From the human T2T-CHM13v2.0 reference genome, Homo sapiens: DNA of 64,000 nucleotides. This document shows, piece by piece, positions 1 through 17,872 of this stretch. The stretch lies in NCBI RefSeq assembly GCF_009914755.1, contig NC_060926.1; one strand, given 5' to 3'. Below the pieces are notes generated by a model. The model did no database searches and was not told where the DNA came from. It saw only the letters and a list, made by a program, of their open reading frames with translations. Both the position numbers and the translations under genes were made by a program. Each line of letters starts with the position of its first letter. The stretch's first letter is position 1.

Positions 1-1436
1 GAAGAATGAAATGCATTTGCTAAAGTTATTAATAAGTAATGGGGAATATCACTAGGTTGGTGATGAACAGGAACAGGAAGTGGGAGAGGTAATGGGGTCA
101 AATTGCACAAGCCTAAAAGGAAAATAATTTTTTGCTTCATTTTAAGAAGTGAGATAGATAGAATTTTGAAACGGAAGTTACATCGATTAGTGCGCAGGAA
201 ACCCATCAACTTACTACCCAATCTTGGCATATCAAGAGTGTTTGAGAATCAGCAGCTTCTAATGAAAAAGGCTGTGCTAGGGATGTAGTGTCTCAGGAGA
301 TAGTCAAATTTTAGTTCCAGCAAAAAGCTGTGATAGGAAAGAGGTTGAGGGTATATGGGAGCTATTGAAAAGAACTGGGAGACTCATGTGAGTGTCAACT
401 GCCTCCCCGTATTATTTGTGGTGCTGGTACCAACATTCCTTATGGTGCTTTGCTTTCTGCCTGTCTAGCATCTGTCCTCCTCATTGGTCATCTCTGGCTT
501 CCTTGGCTATTTGTCAATTCACCTTAATCTAATGTACTCAACTCATCCCCCCTTCTTCTGCCACCAGAGACATGTATCTAACCATTTCATGGGAGGAAAG
601 AAAGACAAGAAGGAAGAGAAGGAGGAAGCAATGAAGAAAACAATGAGCAATATTTTCTCCCTCATTTTAGGTTACCAGTCTTTTCCCCACTTCTCTTCTA
701 GATCACTCCTGTTCTGTGCTTTTGACCAGGCAGTGGAACTATTGCTTTGTTCTTTCCTTATGTCATTCATGCATCTTAGGTGTGCTGTTAGTTACGTAAC
801 ATATGCAAAAATCTACCAATAGGACACTATAAGATATTTAAACATGTTGCTTAAATGTTTATTACTATTATAAAAAAGGTAAAAGCATTGACATAAAAGT
901 GGCATTTTTTCCTAATAAAATCACAAATTGTCCTGAAAGAATTTTTTTCTCTTTCTAAATATATTTTGGAGATTTAGGCTTCTCTGTCAAATAACTGAAA
1001 TGCTTTTGAACCATTATTTGTATCATTTTCCCTTTCCCCCAAATCCCAGAATGTTAACGCAAAAGTAAATTTTGATAGGCAAAACAAGGATTAGAAAATA
1101 TGAACAGAAGTTATATCTGGCTGCTTAGCTTGCTGGGGATATAATAACAATTTGAGGCTTACATACTTATTGTACACACATGACCTTTACAATGCTATGG
1201 TAAACTCAATATCACAGTTGCTTATTAGTACACTAGTAGTAGAAATCTTCTAATATGAATGAATGTGTGTATTTTCAATATTCAGGGTATTAGGAGAGCT
1301 TTTATTCTAGTCTCTGGAAATACAGCTTTCCATATCTTAAGTAAATTTTATTTCTAACTCTACCAGGAGCAAGCATAATTTTTATAAAACAAACTAAACA
1401 AACTGAAGTTCCTTTAACTCAACCCAGGCAGCCTGG

Positions 1437-1437
<1 letters not shown>

Positions 1438-1480
<43 letters not shown>
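1438..1480. repeat. (CA)n microsatellite
   Basis: Uninterrupted CA run seen directly. Confidence 0.98.
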
Positions 1481-1485
<5 letters not shown>

Positions 1486-1978
1486 CAAACTCAGATACTT
1501 TCTCTACTACTTTCAGTGGATCTGAAACCATAATTGATTTCTGCAAAAACTATTATTTTAATGCTTTACTACTCGTTTTATTACTGATTATTACACTGAA
1601 AAGAAAGAAAGCAAGAAATAAAAGAAGAAAAAGGGAAGGAAGAAAGAAAGAAAGGAAACAGCTGATGATGTGTAAGCAAACAAAGATATTCAGTCCCTTT
1701 CTTATAATATTTGTTTTTTAAGCTTATCTGTAATTAACTGCTTGTGGAACATAACTGAATTGAATGTTTACTAGTTAATTCAAAACCATTTAATCTATAT
1801 TGGGAATATTAAAATGCAATGGATAATTGCTGGTTATCACAGCTGAAACAAATTAAAATGTCAGCCCCATTGATTCTTTTTTTTTTTTTTTTTTGCTAAT
1901 GTGAATAAAAACAGAAACACCAGCATGAGCATGTATATACATATAACCTCATATATATCTCTGCAAGAAATTTATTTG

Positions 1979-2101
1979 GGGCCATGAACAGTGGTTCACT
2001 CTAATCCCAGCACTTTGGGAGGTTGAGGCATGATACAGGAGGATCACTTGAGCCCACCAGTTAGACACCAGCCTGTATAACACAATGGGACCCTACCTCT
2101 A
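1979..2101 (+). mobile_element. Diverged Alu left monomer (FLAM_C-like)
   Basis: TAATCCCAGCACTTTGGGAGG...GGAGGATCACTTGAGCCC...ACCAGCCTG; only one arm present. Confidence 0.85.
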
Positions 2102-3748
2102 TGAGAGAGAGAAACGTATTTGGTGCTATCATGTTCCTCATTCTTAGATGCATCCCAAAGATGACTAACCAGCTAACTAAAGTGCACTTTATTATTCACA
2201 CTAAAGGAGAATGAAAAACACAAGATGATTTAAAAAATCCCTTTGGGATTATACCCTTGCTCCATGCCAACAGTTCATTCTGACTATAAAGTGCAGAAAA
2301 GTTATCTGGGATTATAGGTTTTTAGTTATTTATTGTAACAGCTTAAAAGGTTGAGGTAATTCTTAACTAGATATTTAAATTCTCATAAAAAAATAACTTA
2401 GTTACTTAGTATTGCTATTTTTCAGTGACTAAAAACTTTAGTCAAAGAATAACATCTAATAAGTTGCCTAGTCTGGGAAGCAAAACTTAAAAAATAAAAC
2501 AATTTCAGAAGCTATGCTTATACCATAAAAGTCACATGTTCATAAAAATCACAAAACTATATATAATAGTAAATGAGTGTCATCCCATTAAACTTCCATT
2601 CATGAATTACATGATACGTTATTTTATTTTGAGATGTAACCCCTTCATAAGCAGTTTAGTCAGTTGGTTTCACACTGTAACATCTTGTCAGTGCATGACC
2701 GATGCTCAGTGCCAGCCCTTAAAAATATTAATACCCCTTTAATTGAATGAGTTTAGATATGTACAATTTCTAAATTACCTTGGGTTTGTCCTGCCTAGAT
2801 TATTATGTCATTTACAGAAGCTATCATTTCTCTACTAAAATCTAATAGTGTACACTTTCCATAATCTTGCTCAGATTACTCACCCAGGGCTGACAAATTG
2901 AGTGGCATCTAATGTTAACACATTTCTTCAAGAGAAATAATAACCAAAATATTATTTGAGACTACTGTCTTCTATGCACTGCTGTCTCTCAATTTCCTCT
3001 CACTTTTCTGTTTGCCTCTCACTTCTCTACTCCACTACCCCAGGATTCTTAATCTCCCACAAAAAGAGCAATCTCACTTTTAGCTGTGCTTTGGATTCTC
3101 TTATTTAATTTTAGGGAGCCATCACTCCTCACAGAACTTTTTCCCACTTTTGCTAATCTCCATTCTAAACTCACTCCATTGCATTTTTAGTACTCACAGT
3201 GAATTACATAAGCAGAGAATGATTCCTTTACCTTCTTGCCTTGATTCCTAGAAACCTGGCCAAAAGAAGTAAGACACTGTCCTTTAAATCTCACACACTC
3301 CTTGCCAGAAGTGGCTTACTTCTGGTTCCACTTCATTACTTCTCTGTTCAGTCTTTCCTCCGTGGAAACTGTTAAATATGGTTTTGACATTCTTTTTGCA
3401 TTTCTGTGTTTTATTAATCCATATTCACTGCCTATTTTAGTGCCTGGCTTCCAGTTTCCTCAAATTACTTTGTACAGTATGGGCACTTCAACAATCATAT
3501 TGATGACAAATCTAACCCACTAATTTAAAAGATTTTTTTAACCTTTCTTACTCTAGAACAAGGGTAGGAAAACAACACATATTTAGGATTATATTTCTTC
3601 TGTTAATTTTCTGAAACAATTCAGCCTCCCTGATTATTTACTATTCTCTCAGCATGCCATGGAACTTCACACCTCTGTGCCTTTGTTTATGCTATTTTCT
3701 TGATCTGAAATATACTTCCTGTGATATAACCACTTAATTCAAATGTGA

Positions 3749-4058
<310 letters not shown>

Positions 4059-6593
4059 CAAATGTGACTATAAGTCTTTATCTTACCTTGTTGGCAATGC
4101 TGAAGTAGTGGGAGATTTTTTAAGAGTAGTGATGAAATAATTTTTTAGCTTTGAATCCCCAAATCAGTGCCTAGAAAGTCATAATCCCTCAATTAATGTT
4201 TACTGAATTGAATGTGTTTGAACTAACTTGAGTTAAATACATAAGGAAACATTCTAAATAAAACAAGATCATAGATCAGAACTTCTGTTTTCATTTCTCC
4301 ATGCTTGGCTCTCCCTGAAATCCTAAGAAAGGAGATTCAATATAATTTAATCATAAAATATGAGAAATTCCAAATATTATTACAAATCAAAAGTTAATCA
4401 ATCAGTAGGCAGCCTTATATTGCTCTAACTGGATCCCAGTCTTAATGTCATTACACATCCTCTAGGTATACAATTTTATGGATAAAATTCTTTCCATAGT
4501 GAGTGATTTTACTGCATTTGTTATGTTCAGTGGCTATCAGATTGAAAACTATATTTTGGGGATCTGGTTTTCTTATCAACTGGCAATGATAAATAAATAG
4601 ACTATTTTTTTTTTCTGTTTCAAAATTCAAGTCTGCAGTTGAATACCAAAAAAAAAAAAAAATCCCACTTTCTTTCAGAGAATTTCAAATCCTTTACATG
4701 TAGTGAATGACCCCATCAGTCTTTGCCAGAGTGAGAAGTTCTCACTCTGTGAGACAACTGTGAAAAACTGGGAAGTAATATTAGAAAATAGATATGGTAT
4801 TCTGGCCATTTTGTAGAAATGTTTTAGAAAGATTTTTATGACTAAGAAATCATAACGATCAGGGTAATACTTTCTTCAGTTGTCAAAGTTATCATCAGAT
4901 CAAAGAAGTCCAAAAATTTATTCAGGGAGCAGAGGGATTTAATTCCATTCAGGAATGATATAACAGTAAGATTTATCATTGTGAAAGTAATACAAGTCAT
5001 GTATAGAAAGAGAAAAATATATAGAGACTATACATAACAACTCATTAATGTGCAATCCTTTTATGTTTTTCCCTTTCTATTTCTCCTAAAGTGCTGATTG
5101 ATTTCCTTAAACCCATTTCTTGTTTTGTCCCTATAATTGCCAATGGCACATATATGAGGCAATTGGCCAAAATTAAAGGCAGTACAAAGTCACAGAAAAC
5201 ATGAGAACTAATTGACAATGATGAACGCAGAGAATTTAACCACATATCATTTGCATGAGACTGTGATACAGTATTATTATGTGATAAGAATTTTTCTAAA
5301 ATATTATCTAAAAGCACATAGTTATTTGATGTTGTAATCAGAACTAGTACTTATATTTTTACTATTATTCTTTCATCTTGTTCTATTCAACAGAGTACCA
5401 ACAACAAAATTAAATTAAGTATTGTACCAAGTAAACTACTATAATATTTTGTGTAAAAATTATCAAGGATTTCTATAATTAAGAATTTCTATAATAATTA
5501 GATACCACATATGTTGTAGCAATAAAATTTTTAGCAATAAGTTCAACTGGTTATATGTATTAAAAACTTTAGTGGAAAAATGTCCAAATTATTCCATGGA
5601 AAGATATATTTTCCTCAATTATCAGTAAGTTATTTTTTTATTTTGTATTCTCATTGTTTTATCTTAATTAAATTTGATTACTTCAAGTTGTACCATTAAA
5701 AAAGAGGGAAAATTGGTCTGTTTGCAAATGCCAGTTGACAAACCACTAAGTACCAGTCTTCTAAATATGGTATTAAATGAATCATGATTATTGAAACTGA
5801 GTTTTGCTTGTCATTGCTAAATGTCAGAGAAAAAGATTTTCACCATCTCATTTGTCCAAAGTCCCTTGCCAATGATTATTTAACCTTTGAATGCACTAGA
5901 TTGTAATACCAAGAAAAATTTAATACTATTTAGAATGAAAAATGTATTTGCTATGGTAACTCCCAAATTAAAAACTCAATTGTAGATTATATGGTCACCT
6001 GTAAATACTGTGTCATGACTGGAGCCGTTAATACATGAATCATTCAGAAACAGTGTTATAAATACTAGTTCATCTCAGTTTTTCAAAATTCATATTTAAT
6101 CCCTAAGTAATATGGAACAATACACTAAAATACTTACATGCATTTAAGAGAAATTAAAGTATAAATGTTAATTGGCTGTGATTTTTTGCCTGAGTGAAAG
6201 CAAGCTTCATCATAGAAAAATGGGAAGTTAGATGGATACGCCCTGGAGCTTCTATACATGGATATTTGCAAGAGCTGTAGAGGTTTATGTCATCTGTTTT
6301 AATGTGTATAGTTTAATTACCAAACATATATCTTTTGCTTTTTCTTCTTGAAAGTGTTTCACTTTTTATTTGTAAAGTAATTAGTGATGGCTTAATACAA
6401 TGAAGTAAGTAAATATAAATAAAATTAATCAAAGAAATAAAAGGAATGATAGAATCAAATAAAAAACAGAGGGATAAAAAAACAATATTACAGAGAAGCA
6501 AGTAGTTTACATTTATCACAAGCAAATGGGCAAGTATTAGAAAAGAGGAAAAATGGAAGCCATCTAAAAGTATCTTCTGGATGGGGTGGCTTG

Positions 6594-6603
6594 CAAGATG
6601 GCC
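6594..6603 (+). promoter_or_regulatory. YY1 motif of the L1 internal sense promoter
   Basis: CAAGATGGCC at the very 5' end of the L1, where the YY1 site is known to sit. Confidence 0.7.
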
Positions 6604-6999
6604 AAATAGTAACATCTTCGTCTGCAGCTTTCAGCGAGATCAATGCAGAGGGCAGGTGATTTCTGCATTTCCAACTGAGGTACATGACTTATCTCATTGG
6701 GACTGGTTAGACAGTGGGTGCAGCCCATGGAGGGTGAGCCGAAGCAGAGTGGTATGTCACCTCTACTGGGAAGCACAGGGGGTCAGGGAACTCCCTCCCC
6801 TAGCCAAAGGAAGCCTTGAGGGACTGTGCCATGAGGTACGGTGCACTCCAGCCCAGATACTGTGCTTTTCCCAAGGTCTTCTCAGCCCTCAGACCAGGGG
6901 ATTCCCTCGGGTGCCTACACCAACAGGGCCCTGGGTTTTAAGCACAAAACTGGGTGGCTGTTTGGGCAGACACCAAGCCAGCTGCAGGAGTTTTTTTTT

Positions 7000-7218
7000 T
7001 CATACCCCAGTGGCACCTGGAACCCCAGTGAGACAGAACTGTTCACTCCCCTGGAAAGGCGGCTGAAGCCAGGGAGCCAAGTGGTCTCGCTCAGTGGATC
7101 CCAGCCCCACAAAGCCCAGCAAGATACGATCCACTGGCTTGAAATTCTCGCTGCCAGCACAGCAGGCTGAAGTGGATCTCGGATGCTGGAGCTTGGTGGG
7201 GGGAGGGGCATCCACCAT
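7000..7218 (-). CDS. ORF0: L1 antisense ORF0-homologous open frame (72 aa); expression unproven
   Basis: MVDAPPPTKLQHPRSTSACCAGSENF... resembles L1HS ORF0 (MAGAPPPASLPPCSLISDCCAS...); the ATG is in GTAATGG context and the frame is open to TGA at 7002-7000. Confidence 0.55.
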   Translation of the reverse strand: MVDAPPPTKLQHPRSTSACCAGSENFKPVDRILLGFVGLGSTERDHLAPWLQPPFQGSEQFCLTGVPGATGV

Positions 7219-7925
7219 TACTGAGGCTTGAGTAAGCTGTTTTCCCTTCACAGTGTAAACAAAGCCTCCAGGAAGTTCAAACTGGGCGGAGCCCACCACA
7301 GCTCTGCAAAGCCATTGTAGCCAGACTCCCTCTCTAGATTCCTCCTCTCTGGGCAGGGCATCTCTGAAAGAAAGGCAGCGGCCCCAGTCAGGGGCTTAAA
7401 GAGAAAACTCCCATCTCCCTGACACAGAGCACCCGGGGGAAGGGGCAGCTGTGTCTGCTGCTTCAGCAGACTTAAATGCTACTTCCTGCCAGCTCTGAAG
7501 AGAGCAGCAGATCTCCCAGCACAGTGCTCTAGCTCTGCTAAGGGACAAACTGCCTCCTCAAATGGGTTCCTGACCCCCGTGCCTCCTGAGGGGAGACACC
7601 TCCCAGCAGGGGTCGACAGACACCTCATACAGGAGAGCTCTGGCCAGCATCTGGTGGGTGCCCCTCTGGGACAAAGCTTCCAGAGGAAGGAACAGAAAGC
7701 AATCTTTGCTGTTCTGCAGCCTCCGCTGGTGGTACCCAGGCAAAAGGGGTCTGGAGTGGACCTCCAGCAAACTCCAGCAGACCTGCAGCAGAGGGGCCTG
7801 ACTGTTAGAAGGAAAACTAACAAATAGAAAAGAATAGCATCAACATCAACAAAAAGGACGTCCATACAGAAACCCCATCCAAAGGTCACCAATATCAAAG
7901 ACCAAAGGTATGTAAATCCACAAAG

Positions 7926-8949
7926 ATGAGGAAAAACCAGTGCAAAAAGGTTGAAAATTCCAAAATCCAAAATACCGCTTCTCCTCCAAAGTATCACAAC
8001 TCCTCACCAGCAAGGGAACAAAACTGGATGGAGAATGAGTTTGATGAATTGACAGAAGTAGGCTTCAGAAGGTGGGTAATAATGAACTCCTCTGAGCTAA
8101 AGGAGCATGTTCTAACCCAATGCTAGGAAGCTAAGAACCTTGAAAAAAAGGTTAGAGGAATTGCTAACTAGATAACCAGTTTAGAGAAGAACATAAATGA
8201 CCTGATGGAGCTGAAAAACACAGTATGAGAACTTTTTGAAGCATACACAAGTATCAAAAGCTGAATAGACTAAGCAGAAGAAAGGATATCAGAGATTGAA
8301 GGTCAACTTACTGAAATAAGGTATGAAGACAAGATTAGAGAAAAAAGAATGAAAAGGAATGAACAAAACCTGCAAGAAATATGGAACTATGTGAAAAGAC
8401 CAAACCTACGATTGATTGGTGTACCTGAAAGTGATGTGGAGAATGGAACCAAGTTGGAAAACACACTTCAAGATATTATCCAGGAGAACTTCCCCAACCT
8501 AACAAGACAGGCCAACATTCAAATTCAGGAAGTACAGAGAACACCAAGATACTCCTTAAGAAGAACAACCCCAATACACATAATCATCAGATACTCCAAG
8601 GTGGAAACAAAGGAAAAAAATGTTAAGGGCAGCCAGAAAGAAATGTCAGGTTACCTACCATGAGAAGCCCATTAGACTAAAAGTAGATCTCTCTGAAGAA
8701 ACCCTATAAGCCAGAAGAGAGTGGGAGCCAATTTTCACCATTCCTAAAGAAAATAATTTTCAACCCAGAATTTCATATCCAGCCAAACTAAGCTTCATAA
8801 GAGAAGGAGAAATAAAATCCTTTCCAGACAAGCAAACACTGAGGGATTTTGTTACCATCAGGTCTGCCTTCCAAGAGCTCCTGAAGGCAGCATTAAATAT
8901 AGATAGGAAAAACCGATATCAGCCACTGCAAAAGCACACCAAAATATAA
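7926..8949 (+). pseudogene. ORF1: L1 ORF1p remnant (stops and frameshifts)
   Basis: Fragments MRKNQCKK...FDELTEVGFRRWVI and NLQEIWNYVKRPNLRLIGVPE; premature TAG at 8124-8126. Confidence 0.93.
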
Positions 8950-9012
8950 GGGCCAATGATACTATGAAGAAATTGCTTCAACTAATGTGCAAAACAACGA
9001 GCTAACAGCATG

Positions 9013-12853
<3,841 letters not shown>

Positions 12854-13472
12854 ACAGTGAGAACACATGGACACAGGGAGGGGAGCATCACACACTAGGG
12901 CCTGTTGGGGAGTCGAGGGCTAGGGGAGGGATAACATTAGGAGAAATATCTAATGTAGATGACGGGTTGATGGGTGCAGCGAACCACCATGGCACGTGTA
13001 TAACTATGTAACAAACCTGCACATTCTGCACCTGTATCTCAGAACTTAAAGTATTAAAAAGATTTTTTCTGACGCATTGTAAAGGTGATTGCTATTGGTA
13101 GAACTAACCAAGCTTAATGCATAAAACAATAGACTCTTGGCAATATGGTGGTTGTATATCTTCGTTATGGAAAATGTCTTTAAGACTGACCCTACACTGA
13201 GATGTAAAACAATGTATTAGTCATATTTGTGATCTTTTCTAGTGCATTGTACAAAAGAAGTAGAAGAAATGTGCTGCTGGTTATGAAAAATTAGTCTAAA
13301 TGATTCCTACTCTTTTTTTTCAAAAGGGAAACAATATTAACTGTGCAATTTATTATATTGTCCTTCTATACTCAGGGCATTGCTCATGATAATTGGATAA
13401 AAGAGAATATTAAAATCATCATTGTCTTTAAGAATTATCAGGGATTTTAGGTAAAATATAAATATGATTCAG

Positions 13473-13936
13473 TGCTACGGGCAGATAGCAAACATGCCCT
13501 CTGTATTCTTGCACTTTGCGGTGGTACACGCAGCTCCACCCATCAAGAAATGGAGTTTATTTTTCTCTCTCTGGAAGTCCGGCTGAGTTTGTGAATAGCC
13601 TGTTCTCTTGAGACCTTTCTCAGCTCCATTTAAACATCAAGTCAAGGTTAGTTTGTTGCAGGTTGAGATGTTTTTATGGAGGAAAGCAGAGTAAGCATTT
13701 TGTCTCAGCCAAGCCTTAGAGATGGGAGAGCCCAGCCAAAATCAGCAAACTGATTCACAGTTGAAAACATATTCATGAGCAATTCTATTTGAAACAAGCT
13801 GAGCTTGGACCATAACATAACTGTCCAGTTGACCCACAACATCATAAGCTGGTAGTGATGAATGTAATGAATGGCTGGTTTTCTAAGCTGCTAAGTTTTG
13901 GCAGTGATTTTTAATGCAGCAAATGATAACAGATAA
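13473..13936 (+). mobile_element. MaLR LTR (MLT1G/H-like), diverged
   Basis: CCCATCAAGAAATGGAGT near the 5' end and a CTAAGTTTTGG...ATGCAGCAAATGATAACAGATA MLT1-type terminus. Confidence 0.65.
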
Positions 13937-14017
13937 AATGATAGGGAGGGTGTATAGGACTTAACAGATTCCTTCTCTAAACAGGTTTTGCTTAACTGAG
14001 TTTAATTTTAAACTAAA

Positions 14018-14328
14018 GCCAAGTGCGGTGGCTCACACCTGTAATCCAGCACTTTGGGAAGCTGAGCCAAGCAGATCACTTGAGCTCAGCAGTTTGAGAC
14101 AAGACTGGGCAGCATAGTGAGAACCTGTTTCTACAAAAAAAAATTAAAAAAAAAAGATTAGTCAAGTGTGGTGGGGTGTGCCCGTAGTCCCAGCTACTTG
14201 GGGGGCTGAGGCAGGAAAATTGCTTGAATCTGGGATGCAGAAGTTGCAGTGAAGTGAGACGAGAGATCATGCCACTGCATTTCAGCCTGGGAGACAGAGT
14301 GAGACTGTGAAAAAAAATAAATAAATAA
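14018..14328 (+). mobile_element. Alu (AluJ-like)
   Basis: Diverged dimeric Alu with GATCACTTGAGCTCAG, GGGCAGCATAGTGAGA and an (AAAT)n tail. Confidence 0.93.
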
Positions 14329-14421
14329 ACTAAGCTTTTTGCGGTCAAATTGTGTTTACAGAATAAAAATAATTTTCCATTCTTAACTTAAAAAACTAGC
14401 AAAAACAAATATTTAGTATAT

Positions 14422-14522
14422 TAGTGTTTTGCCTTGTACTTGTTTGAGCCTTTAGTAAAATAAAATATGATAGTGTTTTGCCTTGTACTTGTTTCAGCCT
14501 TTAGTAAAATAAAATATGATAG
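14422..14522. repeat. 49-bp tandem duplication
   Basis: 14422-14470 and 14471-14519 differ at one base. Confidence 0.97.
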
Positions 14523-15231
14523 GTCATCGGATCAGGGAATAAGCATGGTTTCTGAAGACAATCCTTCTTTTTATTATACGACTTCTAAAAGATTTCAGCC
14601 AATAGCTATAAGAACTCAGGAGGATCAAAACAAACAAAACAAAATTAATATTAAACTCTGCACTCTGATGCACATAGCATTCTTTGCTAATTACTTAGCA
14701 TAATCTTTCACAAGTAAGGATACACATTTTAAAGATTAAGTCTCCAAATCATACGAGAAGTCTTAAAAATACCAGGTGAGTCCACTTTAGCAGATGCAGA
14801 AATCAAATAATCATTTTTGTTTTATTCACTTTCTGGCCTTGGAGAATTCCCAGTGTTTTCTGAAATAAATGATGCCAGCTACTGTACAATATGGGAGTAC
14901 AACCCCTCCTTACCTCCCGTCTTGGTCATTATGACAACAGCTCTGTGACATTCACTTTATGCCTTGCTTCCTATCAAAGGCCTCAAAGAAGATTGGAGGT
15001 CAGGAAGACAGAAAGTTTTATTGTTGACTTCTCACAAACTTCTAAGGAAAATGGTTACTGCCGTATTTTGTAACTTTTAAAATACATATATTTTATTGGT
15101 TAAATATGAGTTAAATTAAGTAAATAACAACATTTTATATAATAGAAGGTCATGGTATTAAAACTGTATTTTGAATAATTTTAATGAAATGAAATTAGAA
15201 TCATTTTGGAAAGTAAGAAAGATACTGAATT

Positions 15232-15536
15232 GGCTGGACGCGGTGGCTCACGCCTGTAATCCCAGCACTTCGGGAGGCCGAGGCAGGTGGATCACAAGGT
15301 CAGGAGATAGAGACCATCCTGCCTAACACGGTGAAACCCCGTCTCTACTAAAAATACAAAAAATTAGCCGGGTGTGGTGGCGGGTGCCTGTAGACCCAGC
15401 TACTAGGGAGGCTGAGGCAGGATAATGGCGTGAACCCGGCAGACGGAGCTTGCAGTGGGCCAAGATCATGCCACTGTACTCCAGCCTGGGGGGCACAGCA
15501 AGACTCCATCTCAAAAAAAAAAAAAAAAAAAAAAAA
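15232..15536 (+). mobile_element. AluY
   Basis: Diagnostic GAGACCATCCTG.CTAACACGG and ATGGCGTGAACCCGG; long pure A tail; TSD AAAGATACTGAATT at 15218-15231 and 15537-15550. Confidence 0.96.
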
Positions 15537-17414
15537 AAAGATACTGAATTATACATAGTATCATTATATATAGTATAATTCAATACGGGTAAACTATCTC
15601 TATATATACATTTATAGGTACACCCAGGGATATCCTTGTAAAGTGAACATCTTCCTCACAAAAAACTGAAAATATTTCAAAATGTTAATAGACATTATTT
15701 TTTCATGTTGGGGTCATAAATGATCAAAAATTACTTTCACCTATACTCTTACATTTTTATAATTTCCTTAAACTCAACTGAAACGAAAGCTGCCCCTTAT
15801 TAAAAACATTAGAGTTGGGTAAAACATAACTTTATACTCCTCTGACAGTATGTCCTCCTTCCTTAAGCTCGCATATGAGTAAATTGTTTGCTCTCTCCAT
15901 TAATATATATTACTGACCTGCCTTTGTTCCTGCTTTTTTCTTTACTTAGATCATGTTTTCTGTATTTTGTCCTTCCAAATTCCACTTCTCTTTCAAGATT
16001 CATTCTAGTCACCGTTTTTGTTTCCTTGTATTTATTTATTATTAGTCTGCTTGTCCCTCTTCTAGGTGGAACTAAGTATATCCAGGAACCCATATCGAGT
16101 GGTTTATAATACTCATCAAATTGTACTGAAAATGCTTGCTAATGTTTCTGTCCCTACCAATAAACTGTAAACATCTCAAAGGAAGAGATCAGGGGAGTCA
16201 CATTTACATAATCAAAACCTAGCATAATGCCATGGTCATAATATCTATTCAAATAATAATAATAATAGTATTATTCATTCTTTCATGTATTCATCTACTC
16301 AACAAGTTTTATTTGAACTATGTAGTACTCTGTATCAATACCAGAGCTAGATAATGGTGATATAAAAAAATTAGGTAATTTCTACACAACTCCTACTATA
16401 ACACAGATGTTGGAGCTGGAAATGAAAGGAATTTGAAAAAAATATAATTGGAAATAATGGTAGCTTTCTTGGGAATGATACTTCTGAATCAACATAGAAA
16501 CTTAACAGAGGTTTTGATATCTTCCAGAAAAAAATTCACTGTATGTTATGTGAAGTTTATATTTAAACTATTATACAGGGTGAATTCTAAACTTTTGGAT
16601 GATGTAAAGCTGGAGCATTCAGCACTGAATTGCCAAGGTTTTGCCTGGAGCTAAAGATTATGGGGATAAGAACACAGTTGGGAAATATCTAGACCTAATC
16701 TTAGAATTTTGTCCACCATAAAAATAAATATATATAGTCATAGTTTTTTTTGTGAAATTTTTGACTCATGCTGAAAAAAATGCCTGTCACTGCTTGGCAG
16801 TCCTGTTCTGTAAGTAAGCATTAGTCCTTAAGGAAAAGCGGCATTTTGAGTTAAACACAATTCCTATAGCCGAGGACAAACCCTCCGTGTCCAGAAGCAA
16901 TGACAAGTGATAAAATCAATAACTTCTTGATATCCTGAAAATTTTTCTCATGTTTGCAAATCCAATTTTCTGGAATGTGTTTGTTGGTGATGGGGAGCAA
17001 ACAAAACAAAACAACAATATGGAAAAATCTCAGGAAGATATACATCTCCTGAATTGCAGCTATGCAGGAGATTGCATGTACCATATCCAGAGTGCAACAA
17101 TCACATGATCATGTTCACTGTAGTAAATGGTACTCTCTATACTTGTGCAATTGCATTGAATCTTCCAGCCTTGTCAATTTCTCTCTTTTTCTGCCGTTTT
17201 CTCTCCATACTGTTGCCAAACAGATGTTTTTTTGTTTGTAGTCAGTTCTTGGAGTGATCGTGCTCCTTCTCTACCACAATGTCTTTGCATATGCCCTTTC
17301 CTGTGTTTAGAATGTTTATCTCCTCTGAATTTTCATCAAGTTAGTTTTTATTCATCCATCAGGTGTTGATTAAAATAATATTTCCTAAAGAAAAATTTCG
17401 TCAAGGCTATGTGT

Positions 17415-17872
17415 AACCGTAATCACCTTTCCACGGTTTCTATGAGATCAACTTTTTTAGATTCCTCATGCAAGTGAGATCATACAGTATTTGTCTTTCT
17501 TTACCTGGCTTATTTCATTTAGCATAATGTCCTCTAATACCATTCATGTCACAAATGACAGAATTTTATCCTTTTTTAAGGCTGATAGTATCCCATTATG
17601 CATATGTATGACATTTTCTTTATCCATTCATTCATTGATGGACACTTAGTTTGCCTTCTTATCTTGGTGATTGTGAATAAATATTGTATATTTCAAAATT
17701 GCTAAAATAATACATTTTTACTGTTTTCATCACAAAAAAGGTAAATTCATGAATTGACTAATATGTTAATAAGCCTGTCTTTTCACAGTGTCTTTTCACA
17801 GTGTATACATAGATCAAAACATCACATTATGTCCCATAAATGTATAATTATTGTCAATTAAAAATAAAGTTT
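17415..17872. mobile_element. 5'-inverted, truncated L1MA-type insertion (minus-strand 17415-17680, plus-strand 17681-17872)
   Basis: Antisense L1 3' sequence joined directly to a sense L1MA terminus ending TGTCAATTAAAAATAAA. Confidence 0.8.

Noticed and set aside
2990-3720. Possible L2 remnants (also near 4160-4215, 16140-16400, 26260-26320, 51050-51500, 62600-62850)
   Set aside because: Resemblance is suggestive but too diverged to set boundaries by eye.
4604-4662. T-run and A-run flanking a small TTCAA/TTGAA inverted repeat
   Set aside because: Homopolymer complementarity is common in AT-rich DNA; no evidence for an RNA gene or terminator.
7479-7997. 172-aa antisense ORF and other overlapping ORFs in the L1 5'UTR
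   Set aside because: GC-richer L1 UTR sequence gives chance open frames; only the ORF0-like frame resembles a known product.
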